Positions 8,806 to 19,042 of a stretch of DNA of 64,000 nt are shown one piece after another. Positions within the stretch are counted from its first letter, which is position 1. Every line of letters starts with the position of its first letter. Source of the DNA: Chitinophagaceae bacterium (GTDB lineage Bacteria > Bacteroidota > Bacteroidia > Chitinophagales > Chitinophagaceae). The stretch is from positions 4,753-68,752 of the forward strand of contig JANOIQ010000027.1 of the NCBI GenBank assembly GCA_031407835.1. Reading direction: 5' to 3'. The notes beneath the pieces are model-generated. The model searched no databases. It saw only the letters and a program-made list of their open reading frames with translations, and was not told the DNA's origin. Position numbers and translations under genes: made by a program.

Positions 8806-11655
8806 ATGAGGTATTTAAATTTTAAGGTAGTATTCCTTCTGGCTTTTAGTTTTTTTCTTGCTGCCTTTACTATGGCACAGGATACTGATAGTATTAAAAA
8901 TGACCCTGAATCTTCTGCCAGAGGTAAAATTTTTGTTACGGACAAGGTTCCGGTGTTATTCGGAATGCAAAAAAAGGACCAACTGATACAGTCAACCAGT
9001 ACTGTTTATACGAATCAGCTGATAACAACACCTAACCCCAAATTTTTGCAGGCACTTCCCGGCCGGTTAACTGGTTTAAATGTTAATTTCAACAGTGGAG
9101 GACCAGGTTTAGATGGCAGCGGCATGAGCTTTAATATCAGAGGGGCCCGTGCACAAATTATTTTAATTGATGGTGTAGAAAGAGGATATCTTACCCTTAA
9201 TCCAGAGCAGATTGAATCAATTACTGTTTTAAAAGATGCACTGTCGACAGTATTATTTGGGCAAAGATCTTCTTATGGTATTATCTCCATTAAAACAAAG
9301 AAAGGGAATTTAGGTAAGCCAAGGATTTCCTTTACAGCTCAATCCGGTTTTGAAGCACCAACTGCTTTGCCAAAACCGCTGGCAGCATGGCAATATGCCA
9401 CTTTATATAATGAAGCAAAACAAAATGAAGCCGGAACCACTCCTGTAACACCGGTGTATTCACAGGACCAAATTAATGCTTATAAAAATCATACAGATTC
9501 TTATTTGTATCCTGATGTGAACTGGTATAAAACGGCTTTAAATAATCATGCTGGAACTAACCGTTATAATATTAATGTTCAAGGGAGTGGAAAAGGTTTC
9601 CGGTATTTTGTGGATTTGAGTAAAATGACAGAGAAAGGTTTGCTTAGAACCAATAGTATAAACGCATACAAAACCAATTCTCAGTTAGATTATTATTCTT
9701 TCCGCTCAAATGTTGGTGCTGACATTACAACCACGACTTTTATGCAATTAAGCTTGTTTGGACGCTTTCAACGTTATAATCAACCGGGTGGTGGTATAGC
9801 AGGCATATTTACTTCTTTATTAAATACACCCCAGTTTGCTTATCCTGTGTATAATCCGGATAATAGTTTTGGGGGAACCAGCAGTTACGGGCAAAACGCA
9901 AATATTTACGGACAGACTATTTCCAGAGGATACCAATTTCAAGATGTACGTGATGTTGCCGTTGATTTAGAGTTTGTTCAAAAACTCGATATTATTACTA
10001 ACGGTCTTTCTCTTAATGCAAAAGTTTCAAACAATAATACTGCGTACTATACTACAACAAGAGCAAAAGATTTCGCTGTTTACCAGTTTCTGAATAATGC
10101 ATATACAAAATTTGGAACTTCAACAGAACAAACAACATCCGGAACTGCTAATGACCGGTATCGTATTGTATATTTAGAAGGATCATTGAGTTATGACAGG
10201 ACATTTGGAAAGCATTCTGTGAATGCACTGGCCATTGCGAATCAGCAAAGCAGATTACTGTTTAATTCAACTAATTTACCTGAAGTGTACACGGCGTATG
10301 CATCCAGAATTAATTACAGTTATAATGAAAAATATATAGCTGAAGGTGCTATAAGCTATGGCGGATATAACTGGCTTAGTCCTTCAAACCGCTGGGGTAC
10401 TTATTGGTCTGCTGGCCTTGGATGGAACGCACATAAAGAAAATTGGATAATAAATAATTTTCGGGTTATTAGTAATCTGAAACTCAGGGTTGATTACGGC
10501 CTTACAGGTCAGGTTAATGCAGGTTATTACTCCTACATACAGACCTATTTTAACCCCAATACCAATACCAATAATGCTGTTGCGTACTGGTATGGTACCG
10601 GTTCGTCACTTGAAAGAAGTACAGGAGAAAATACACTGGTTAATCCATCACTGAGACCAGAAAAAGCAAATAAGCTTGATGCTGGACTTGACTTAGGTTT
10701 TTGGAATAATAAACTGTCTTTTACAGCAGATTATTTCTACAATAAGTTTTTTGACCTGGTTGCTACACCAACGTTAACAACTGCTGTTTTGGGATCGGGT
10801 TATCCTGTTCAGAATTTTCAGAAGTTTAATTATTGGGGAACGGACCTTTCAGCATCCTGGCAGGATCAACTGAAAAACTTTTCCTATTTTATTTCAGCCA
10901 ATTTTTCTCTTGTACAATCAAAAGTTGTTTATAATGCTGAATTACCCAGATCATACGACTACCAGGTAGGGACGGGTAAACCGGTGGGGATACAGTACGG
11001 ATATATTGCAACCGGCTTGTTTAAAAATTATGCGGAGATCAACGATCCGGCAACAGCTGTATTACCTGCAGCTCCAAAATCTTCACTACGGCCGGGTGAT
11101 ATTCGTTATATGGACAGAAATAATGACGGCATTATTGATGTTAATGATCAGGGACCTATTGGAAGCACTAAACCGACAGTTTATTATGGATCTTCTGTAG
11201 GTTTTAGCTTTAAAGGATTTGATTTCTCAGCTTTAATTCAGGGTACGTTGAATCGAACATCTTATATCAGCGGTGATTTTATGAATGGATTCGGAAACAA
11301 TGGAAATTATACCGCTTATGAATACAATCTTGGCCGTTTTACAGATGCAACTTCAGCCACTTCAACACAGCCGAGGGTTTGGCTTGGTTCAAATACCAAT
11401 AATGCACAAACATCAACTTTTTGGGTTAAGGACAATGATTTTGTCAGGATAAAAAATGTAGAGATAGGTTATACCGTTCCTGAAAAGTTATCACGCAAAA
11501 TAGGAATTCCGGCTGTACGTATATTTTCAAATGGTTTAAACCTGTTCACTTTTTCAGAAATCCACAACATGCGAAAAGATATGGATCCTGAATCATGGGG
11601 AAGCTCATATCCAATTATGAAAGTATTCAACTTTGGTATCAATGTTAAATTTTAA
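8806..11655 (+). CDS. susC: SusC-like TonB-dependent transporter (pair 2, short N-terminus)
   Basis: IESITVLKDA plug motif (degenerate downstream), PGDIRYMD, C-terminal FGINVKF; lacks the CarboxypepD-like domain. Confidence 0.93.
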   Translation: MRYLNFKVVFLLAFSFFLAAFTMAQDTDSIKNDPESSARGKIFVTDKVPVLFGMQKKDQLIQSTSTVYTNQLITTPNPKFLQALPGRLTGLNVNFNSGGPGLDGSGMSFNIRGARAQIILIDGVERGYLTLNPEQIESITVLKDALSTVLFGQRSSYGIISIKTKKGNLGKPRISFTAQSGFEAPTALPKPLAAWQYATLYNEAKQNEAGTTPVTPVYSQDQINAYKNHTDSYLYPDVNWYKTALNNHAGTNRYNINVQGSGKGFRYFVDLSKMTEKGLLRTNSINAYKTNSQLDYYSFRSNVGADITTTTFMQLSLFGRFQRYNQPGGGIAGIFTSLLNTPQFAYPVYNPDNSFGGTSSYGQNANIYGQTISRGYQFQDVRDVAVDLEFVQKLDIITNGLSLNAKVSNNNTAYYTTTRAKDFAVYQFLNNAYTKFGTSTEQTTSGTANDRYRIVYLEGSLSYDRTFGKHSVNALAIANQQSRLLFNSTNLPEVYTAYASRINYSYNEKYIAEGAISYGGYNWLSPSNRWGTYWSAGLGWNAHKENWIINNFRVISNLKLRVDYGLTGQVNAGYYSYIQTYFNPNTNTNNAVAYWYGTGSSLERSTGENTLVNPSLRPEKANKLDAGLDLGFWNNKLSFTADYFYNKFFDLVATPTLTTAVLGSGYPVQNFQKFNYWGTDLSASWQDQLKNFSYFISANFSLVQSKVVYNAELPRSYDYQVGTGKPVGIQYGYIATGLFKNYAEINDPATAVLPAAPKSSLRPGDIRYMDRNNDGIIDVNDQGPIGSTKPTVYYGSSVGFSFKGFDFSALIQGTLNRTSYISGDFMNGFGNNGNYTAYEYNLGRFTDATSATSTQPRVWLGSNTNNAQTSTFWVKDNDFVRIKNVEIGYTVPEKLSRKIGIPAVRIFSNGLNLFTFSEIHNMRKDMDPESWGSSYPIMKVFNFGINVKF

Positions 11656-11671
11656 AAGAAAAAACTATTTT

Positions 11672-13402
11672 ATGAGCAAATATTATCACCATACATTATT
11701 GCTGCTTCTCCTTGTTGCGGTTTTGTTTTCATCCTGCAAAAAGTCCTTTGAAGATAAACCACTTGAGTTGCTGTCTAATGATTTTATTTTTGATCAAAAT
11801 GATCCTTCAGGCGACCAGGCCGGCAAGTGGCTTTCTTATATTTATTCAAGAATACAAACCGGATATTCACGATTAAACAGTGTGCCGCTTGAATGCGCAA
11901 CAGATGATGCTGTACCAAGCGCTGATGGAAATGGAATGTGGAATGTAATTCGGGGAGGGTATAGTCCTGCTTCAACTTTTGATGATAACTGGGGTAACTG
12001 CTATAATGGTATCAGGGAAGCCAATGTTTTTTTGAGCAACTATCTAAAAGTGCCCTGGGCTGATTCATCCCGCAAAGTGTGGTATCCAAATGAAGCCCGT
12101 GCATTACGAGCCTATTTTTATTATGAGTTACTCAAGAGGTATGGAGGTATTCCTTTAGTTGGGGATAAAATATTTGATCCGAATGATCCGCAATTGCTTC
12201 AATTAAAGCGTAATAGTTTTGATGATTGTGTAAAATACATCGTTTCAGAACTGGATATTGTAAAGGACAGTTTAAGACCAGATGCTACATTGGCAAACAG
12301 GACTACAGATCCCGATTTTGGACGTATACGAAAAAGCATTGCAATTGCGTTGAAAGCAAAAGTTCTGATACTTGCAGCCAGTCCATTATTCAATCCTTCT
12401 TCTACACCTGAAAAACCTTACACAGGATATTCAACTTATAGTATCGACCGGTGGAAAGCAGCAGCAGATGCAGCAAAATCCTTAATGGATTTAGGTCTTT
12501 TTGCTTTAGAGCCCAGTCATTATAATCTTGTTTTACAACGGGCAAATAAAGAACATATTTTCTTTAAAATGAGTGATAGCCGTGTATCAAATACATACAC
12601 CTATTATATGTCACCTGTAGGATATAATCCCAGCGCCATTAAAAGTGAAGGCAGGGTTAGCCCTACACAGGAGTTTGTTGATGTTTTTCCAATGAAAAAC
12701 GGAAAAGCAATTGCCGATGCTTCTTCCGGGTATAATGCGGCAAATCCCTATGCAAACAGAGACCCCCGTTTGGAGCGATTTGTTTTTTATAATGGAGCTA
12801 AGTGGTTAAAAAGGCCAATTGAAACATTTGAAGGTGGGATAGATAAACCCAATAATGCAACACTTGCTCCTGTTCAAACGCAAACGGGATATTATGCCAA
12901 AAAGTTTTGTGCAAACGACAGTAACAGTACAGCTTATACGAACACCATTTTCAGAGATAATGGCTTTGTTCCTGCGTGGTGTATTATTCGATATGCAGAT
13001 ATTTTATTAATGTATGCAGAAGCACAAAATGAATACTCAGGACCGAATGCTTCCATATATAATGCGGTTGAGCAAATACGGCAGAGAGCCGGGTTATCAC
13101 CTTATACTTTACCAGTAGGTTTAACACAGGAACAAATGCGGGATGTAATACGAAATGAAAGGCGTATTGAATTGTGTTTTGAAGAACAGCGTTTTTGGGA
13201 TATCCGTCGTTGGAAAATAGCTAAAACAGTTTATGGAACAACGTTGCATGGAGTAACAATTATCAAAAATACCAATGGCACATTTTCATATACTCTTAAA
13301 GATGTTACAACGCCATATTTTAACGATGCTATGTATCTGTTTCCGATTGCGTTGAAAGAAACACAGGTTAATCCGGGAATAAGTCAAAACCCCGGGTATT
13401 AA
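11672..13402 (+). CDS. susD: SusD lipoprotein (pair 2)
   Basis: ATG at 11672, lipobox FSSC, EARALRAYFY, RYADILLMYAEA, QNPGY. Confidence 0.96.
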   Translation: MSKYYHHTLLLLLLVAVLFSSCKKSFEDKPLELLSNDFIFDQNDPSGDQAGKWLSYIYSRIQTGYSRLNSVPLECATDDAVPSADGNGMWNVIRGGYSPASTFDDNWGNCYNGIREANVFLSNYLKVPWADSSRKVWYPNEARALRAYFYYELLKRYGGIPLVGDKIFDPNDPQLLQLKRNSFDDCVKYIVSELDIVKDSLRPDATLANRTTDPDFGRIRKSIAIALKAKVLILAASPLFNPSSTPEKPYTGYSTYSIDRWKAAADAAKSLMDLGLFALEPSHYNLVLQRANKEHIFFKMSDSRVSNTYTYYMSPVGYNPSAIKSEGRVSPTQEFVDVFPMKNGKAIADASSGYNAANPYANRDPRLERFVFYNGAKWLKRPIETFEGGIDKPNNATLAPVQTQTGYYAKKFCANDSNSTAYTNTIFRDNGFVPAWCIIRYADILLMYAEAQNEYSGPNASIYNAVEQIRQRAGLSPYTLPVGLTQEQMRDVIRNERRIELCFEEQRFWDIRRWKIAKTVYGTTLHGVTIIKNTNGTFSYTLKDVTTPYFNDAMYLFPIALKETQVNPGISQNPGY

Positions 13403-13434
13403 TACAACTTTCATCTTATTTAAAATATCAAAAA

Positions 13435-16400
13435 ATGAAACTACGTTTAGTAACGATTTTGCTCTTATTCTTTGTAACAGGTTCTTTATTTGCACAAAAT
13501 AAAACTGTTACAGGAAGAGTAATCAATGAGAATAAACAAGGACTCAGCGGAGCCACTATTGTTGAAGTTGGAAATGACAGGAATAGTGTGCTTTCAGATG
13601 CAAACGGGTACTTTATAATAAAGCTGAAAGCCAATACCAGTCAAATAAGCATCAGCAATGTTGGTTTTCAGACTCAGGCATTTGTGATTGCAACCGGACA
13701 AGAAATAATCTGTCAGTTAACCACAGATGTAAAAGGTTTGGAGGATGTGGTTGTGATTGGGTATGGCCGTCAAAAGCGTATTACCAGTACAGGAGCTGTA
13801 AGCTCTATCAAAGCAGAAGATATTAAAAGAGTGCCAACTTCCAGTATTCAGAATACACTCGCCGGAAGACTACCTGGTTTCTTTTCACAGCAAAGAAGTG
13901 GACAGCCAGGAGCAGATGCTGCTGAGTTTTTTATTAGAGGAGTTAATTCAATTAACGGTGACAACAAGCCTCTGATTATTGTTGATGATATTGAATATGA
14001 TTATTCACAATTATCGCAGTTGAGTGCAAATGAAATTGAATCAATCACCATTTTAAAGGATGCAGCCACAACTTCTGTATATGGGCTTAAAGGCGCAAAT
14101 GGTGTTTTGGTCATTACAACTATACGGGGCAGGATAGGAAAGCCAAGAATAAATGTAACTGCTGAAACAGGGAGGAACAAAGTAATACGCATGCCAACAT
14201 TTCTTGATTCGTACAGCACAGCTTTATTAAGAAATGAAGGAACGATTAATGATGCATATGGACAATCACAGGCCCCGGTATTACCTTTTACTGCTGATGA
14301 TTTAATGAAATTCAAAGATGGATCTGACCCTTACGGGCATCCTAATGTAAACTGGGTAAAGGAGTTATTCAAAAATTCTTCATCACAGGGAACCTATAAC
14401 ATTAATATTAGTGGAGGCAATCCACTTGTAAAGTATTTCACTTCCTTAGGTTATTATACACAGGATGGTATTTTAAAAGAGTTTAAGCCTGTTGGTGATT
14501 ATGTAAATACGAATTATTTCTACCGCCGTTTCAATTACCGGTCAAATATTGATATTACGCCAACAAAGACATTGAAAATACGCTTTGATGTAAACGGCAG
14601 ATTTGAAACAATTAATAACCCGGGTGGCGTTCAGGAAGGAGGGGGCTTGTTTTATGAATTAAGTGCTTTCAGATATATGGCACCTTATTCCATGCCTCTG
14701 ATTAACCCGAATGGTACTTATGGATATGCTTCGCATGCAGGGGCTGTTAACAATGATGGAGCAATCAATCCGGTATACAGGCTAGCGAACGGAGGATACA
14801 GACGGAATTTCAATAACAATTACAATTTTGTTATTGGAGCTGAACAAAAGCTTGATTTTATTACATCAGGATTAACTGCAAAAGTGAATGTTTCATATGC
14901 AGGTAATAATAATGAATCTCGGAATCTTACACGTTCAGGAATGCCAACCTATAAATACGATCCTTTAACTAATTCTTATTCCATCAGAAATTCATCTTAC
15001 CGTACACCTCCATATATTGCAGGTGTTTCCAATGGGGCGTTTAATTCCACTTCTATCCTTCAGGCTTCACTTAACTATGAACATACTTTTGACGGTCATC
15101 ATTTTACAGGACTTTTACTGCTTAATCAACGAAATTATATAAATGGCGGAAACATACCTGTAAACTATAGAGGGAATACTCTGCGGGTGGAATATGATTT
15201 TAAACGTAAATATCTGTTTGGTCTTACTGTTGCCCGCAATGGCAATGATGTATTCAGGAAGGAGAACAGGTATGGTATTTTCCCTGCCGTTTCTTGGGGA
15301 TATAATCTTTCAGAAGAAAAATTCTTCAAGCAACTGTTTCCAGTGTTTGACCTTTTCAAAATACGTGGTTCGTATGGATTGGTTGGTTCTGACGTGAGTT
15401 ATCCGGGTACCGTTACTTCTGTAATTCCCTATACTACAACCGGATCAAATTATTACGGTAATACAACTGTAGAAGGGGCTTTGGTAAACCCTGACGTTAC
15501 ATGGGAGAAAGAACGGAAATTAGATTTGGGTTTGGAGTTGAATATGTTTAACGGCAAGCTTACTTTAAATGGCAGTTATTTCTACAATTTCCGTTATGAT
15601 CAATTGATCAGTCAGGGTGATGTTCCTTTAGCAATAGGACAGGCTTTGCCAAAGAAGAATATTGGTGAAAGTGAGAACAGGGGATTTGACGGATCGGCGA
15701 TGTTTAAAGACAGGATTGGAAATGTCAGCTACTCCATCAGTTTTAATGCTTCGTTTGCAAAGAATAAAATTATATATGTGAGTGAAGCCCCAGATTTTTC
15801 TTATCAGGGACAAAAAGGAAACGCACTGAATTTAACCTTAGGTTACCAATGCATTGGTTTTTATCAACCAGATGATTTCAGTACAGATGGTAAGGTAAAG
15901 AATGGTATTGCTTCGCCAACCTGGAGCGTTATTCAGCCTGGTGATTTAAAATATGCTGATATGAATGAAGATGGTGTAATTAATGATGCAGATAAGACAT
16001 GGTTATCAAGACCTAATATACCTACAAAGAATTTTGGAGCTGAATTTACAATAAGTTATAAGGCCCTTACTTTACGGGCATTAGTGCAAAGTGCATTAGG
16101 GTATGCAGTACAGGTAACGGCAGAAGGTGCAGGAGATGCATTTAATGGAAATTTGCGTTCATGGAATCTTGAACGCTGGACTCCTTCTACAGCTTCAACA
16201 GCTACTTATCCCCGCATTGGGTTGAACACAAATATTAATAACATTTCCTACCAAACGGTTTCAGATTTTTGGTTTGCAAATGCAAGTTACGTCCGGCTTA
16301 AATCGCTTGAAATTGCATGTCAGATGCCCGCATCCATGCTCAACAGAACACGTGTTTTACAGAGTGCAAGAGTATATGTTACCGGTTATAATCTGCTTAA

Positions 16401-16509
16401 TTTTCAGAACCTGGGAAAATTTCAACAGGATGCAGAAATAGCTAATGGAACAGGGAATGCCTATCCGAATACTTCAAATTTCAATATTGGTGTACAACTT
16501 GGTTTTTAA
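13435..16509 (+). CDS. susC: SusC TonB-dependent transporter (pair 3)
   Basis: VVVIGYG, EIESITILKDAATTSVYG, TWEKERK, terminal Phe. Confidence 0.97.
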   Translation: MKLRLVTILLLFFVTGSLFAQNKTVTGRVINENKQGLSGATIVEVGNDRNSVLSDANGYFIIKLKANTSQISISNVGFQTQAFVIATGQEIICQLTTDVKGLEDVVVIGYGRQKRITSTGAVSSIKAEDIKRVPTSSIQNTLAGRLPGFFSQQRSGQPGADAAEFFIRGVNSINGDNKPLIIVDDIEYDYSQLSQLSANEIESITILKDAATTSVYGLKGANGVLVITTIRGRIGKPRINVTAETGRNKVIRMPTFLDSYSTALLRNEGTINDAYGQSQAPVLPFTADDLMKFKDGSDPYGHPNVNWVKELFKNSSSQGTYNINISGGNPLVKYFTSLGYYTQDGILKEFKPVGDYVNTNYFYRRFNYRSNIDITPTKTLKIRFDVNGRFETINNPGGVQEGGGLFYELSAFRYMAPYSMPLINPNGTYGYASHAGAVNNDGAINPVYRLANGGYRRNFNNNYNFVIGAEQKLDFITSGLTAKVNVSYAGNNNESRNLTRSGMPTYKYDPLTNSYSIRNSSYRTPPYIAGVSNGAFNSTSILQASLNYEHTFDGHHFTGLLLLNQRNYINGGNIPVNYRGNTLRVEYDFKRKYLFGLTVARNGNDVFRKENRYGIFPAVSWGYNLSEEKFFKQLFPVFDLFKIRGSYGLVGSDVSYPGTVTSVIPYTTTGSNYYGNTTVEGALVNPDVTWEKERKLDLGLELNMFNGKLTLNGSYFYNFRYDQLISQGDVPLAIGQALPKKNIGESENRGFDGSAMFKDRIGNVSYSISFNASFAKNKIIYVSEAPDFSYQGQKGNALNLTLGYQCIGFYQPDDFSTDGKVKNGIASPTWSVIQPGDLKYADMNEDGVINDADKTWLSRPNIPTKNFGAEFTISYKALTLRALVQSALGYAVQVTAEGAGDAFNGNLRSWNLERWTPSTASTATYPRIGLNTNINNISYQTVSDFWFANASYVRLKSLEIACQMPASMLNRTRVLQSARVYVTGYNLLNFQNLGKFQQDAEIANGTGNAYPNTSNFNIGVQLGF

Positions 16510-16525
16510 CTTAAAACAATTTAAA

Positions 16526-18304
16526 ATGAACTACAAAATATATTTGAGAACCGGAGTTTTAATGCTGATATTGGCTATATGCATTTTACCGGGTTGTAAA
16601 AAGGATTTTCTGGATCAGAAAACACTTTCTATTGTTGATGAACTGACTGTTTTTAAAGACAGTACAAAAACCCTGGGAATGATAAACAGTCTTTATTCCA
16701 ATATCGGAATGTCTTTTAATGCAAGAAGGTTCAGTAATACGGGATTGGATGCAGCTTGTGATGAATCTGAATCCATCAGCGACCCAACTATTTATACCTA
16801 TCGTATTTCCAGCGGAGCTATAAATTCCAGTAATGCAGATAAGGGATTATGGACCACTGTATTCCAGATGGTGCGAGCATCGAATATCTTTTTGAAGAAT
16901 AAAGACAGCATTCCTGTATCTGCAGCTACAAGAGAATACTGGACAGGTCAGGTACGGTTTATGCGGGCATGGTATTTATTTATGCTTGTGAAGCATTATG
17001 GAGGTATTCCTTTAATTGAGGACAAAATATTTGCGGATGGTGATAAAATTGATGTTCCAAGAAAATCATATGAGGAATGTGTAAACTATATCGTTTCCCA
17101 ATTGGATGCAGCAGCGGCTGTATTGCCTGTATCATATCCGTTAAATGATTTAAATCAATTGCGAATTACAAAAGGAAGTGCATTAGCTGTAAAGGCACGA
17201 CTATTATTATATGCTGCAAGTCCGCTATTTAACAGTGGGTCAAGGAGTGATGACCCGGAACATTTTTTAAGTTTTGCAACCACAGATAATGAAAGATGGA
17301 AAAAAGCTGCAGATGCTGCAAGAGCGGTAATTAATTTAGGAGCATACAGTTTATACACAACTTCTTCTGCTCCTTTGTATAATCTGTTTTTACAAAACAC
17401 TCCGCAGGCTGAGCATGTATTGGTTTACTGGCAGCCTGTAAGCACAGCGAATAATTTTTATGTTGAAAACAGTTCAAACCCACAGTCAAGATCTACAGTG
17501 AATTCTTATGCAGGAGCAAAATATTTTCCTATACAGGAATTGGTGGACGAATTTGATATGATTAATGGTTTACGAATTACCGATCCTGCTTCCGGGTATC
17601 CGGGCATAGGAGATAATATGTATAAAAACAGGGACCCCCGATTAACTTATACTGTACATTATAATGGTTCTATACGCAATATGGGTTCACTTGGTGATCA
17701 AACTGTAAATACATATACAGGAGTTGTTCCTACAGGAAATGCGGCAGCTACCAGTGCAAACTCAGACGGTATTTATACTTCTACCGGTACCAAGACGGGA
17801 TATTTTCGATATAAAATGTGTAACAATTTTGGAGTAGCTGGTGGAAGTGAATTATATCGCCCCTGGGTAGTGATGCGTTATGCTGAAGTTTTGCTGAATG
17901 CAGCAGAAGCAACTAATGAGTATTACGGCCCCACATCCGACGTATATGATTGGTTAAAACTAATAAGATCCAGGGCTGGTATACAGACAGGAACTAACGG
18001 GTTGTACGGACTTAAAGCCAATATGACTAAAGATGAAATGAGGGGTGCAGTACGTCATGAGCGCAGGGTTGAGCTTGCATTCGAAGAACATCGATTTTGG
18101 GATGTTCGTCGTTGGAAAATTGCCCAACAAACTGAAAATGCAGAAACTCATGGAATGGAAATAACCAGAGCAGCAGATGGCAAGTTTTCTTACAGAACAA
18201 TTGTTGTTAGAAAGCATGTTTTTACAGAAGCTATGTATTTCTGGCCCATTCCGCAAAGTGAAATTGTAAAATCTCCTGCATTAAAACAAAATCCAGGATA
18301 TTGA
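16526..18304 (+). CDS. susD: SusD lipoprotein (pair 3)
   Basis: ATG at 16526, lipobox LPGC, RYAEVLLNAAEA, ERRVELAFE, QNPGY. Confidence 0.96.
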   Translation: MNYKIYLRTGVLMLILAICILPGCKKDFLDQKTLSIVDELTVFKDSTKTLGMINSLYSNIGMSFNARRFSNTGLDAACDESESISDPTIYTYRISSGAINSSNADKGLWTTVFQMVRASNIFLKNKDSIPVSAATREYWTGQVRFMRAWYLFMLVKHYGGIPLIEDKIFADGDKIDVPRKSYEECVNYIVSQLDAAAAVLPVSYPLNDLNQLRITKGSALAVKARLLLYAASPLFNSGSRSDDPEHFLSFATTDNERWKKAADAARAVINLGAYSLYTTSSAPLYNLFLQNTPQAEHVLVYWQPVSTANNFYVENSSNPQSRSTVNSYAGAKYFPIQELVDEFDMINGLRITDPASGYPGIGDNMYKNRDPRLTYTVHYNGSIRNMGSLGDQTVNTYTGVVPTGNAAATSANSDGIYTSTGTKTGYFRYKMCNNFGVAGGSELYRPWVVMRYAEVLLNAAEATNEYYGPTSDVYDWLKLIRSRAGIQTGTNGLYGLKANMTKDEMRGAVRHERRVELAFEEHRFWDVRRWKIAQQTENAETHGMEITRAADGKFSYRTIVVRKHVFTEAMYFWPIPQSEIVKSPALKQNPGY

Positions 18305-18346
18305 TTGCTGTTTAATTGCATTAAATCGTCTTTAAAAGTATAAACA

Positions 18347-18859
18347 ATGAAAAAGATTTTAATACCTGCTTTCATCCTTGCAGTTTACGCTTTGTCCGGT
18401 TGTACAAAGGGTGGTGAATTACAAACGGTGGATGCCGCAAGTTATCGTGTCGGCGGGCTACTTGAAGGTTCAAAGGTTGCTCCCGTAACTAACAATGATA
18501 CTACCAAGGCTTCATTATCCGGCTGGTATGATGAACAAATGAATGATTTTACATTTACGATCAGTTACAAAAAAGATACTTCTATTATCAAGCTGGATAC
18601 ATTGACTGGAATTCAGTTTTATACTGCAGCACCTTCTATTGGAAGTGTGCCCATAAGAGTGCTGGCGGCAGTAACTACTATTTCCGCTGCAAGTAAGACA
18701 AATATTTCAGGGAGTTTTACCCGTGGCCTTGCTGGTGGGTATGATATTCCCGCCGAAGAAAAAGTAAATTTTATAAATAATAAGTGGTACGTGGTACTTG
18801 TAAGTAAAAAATTTCCATTTGGTGTAGCAGGAGGTCAGTTGGTTCTTACAAAGAATTAA
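18347..18859 (+). CDS. Lipoprotein with degenerate CHRD-like domain (SusE position)
   Basis: Lipobox LSGC; C-terminal WYVVLVSKKFPFGVAGGQL resembles the CHRD YxNxHTxxFPxGEIRGQL motif. Confidence 0.6.
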   Translation: MKKILIPAFILAVYALSGCTKGGELQTVDAASYRVGGLLEGSKVAPVTNNDTTKASLSGWYDEQMNDFTFTISYKKDTSIIKLDTLTGIQFYTAAPSIGSVPIRVLAAVTTISAASKTNISGSFTRGLAGGYDIPAEEKVNFINNKWYVVLVSKKFPFGVAGGQLVLTKN

Positions 18860-18944
18860 AATGTTTTGCAGCGTAACCTAATATGGAGAGGAATAGAAAA
18901 AATGCATTGTGAAAGATATAAAGTGAAACAGATAATTAAAAATC

Positions 18945-19020
18945 AGGAACCCGTCATTCATGTCGTTATGCGGCAGCAGTATGTGGGCAAGAGGATAAAG
19001 CCGGGCCACTTACAGAATGA
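18945..19020 (+). pseudogene. Decayed GH88 gene fragment
   Basis: 18975 onward reads SSMWARG*SRATY versus SSMWARGQAWAIY in the intact GH88 downstream; 21/22 nt identity between 18974-18995 and 19771-19792. Confidence 0.65.
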
Positions 19021-19042
19021 TTAAATCGTGTACAAACAGCAA

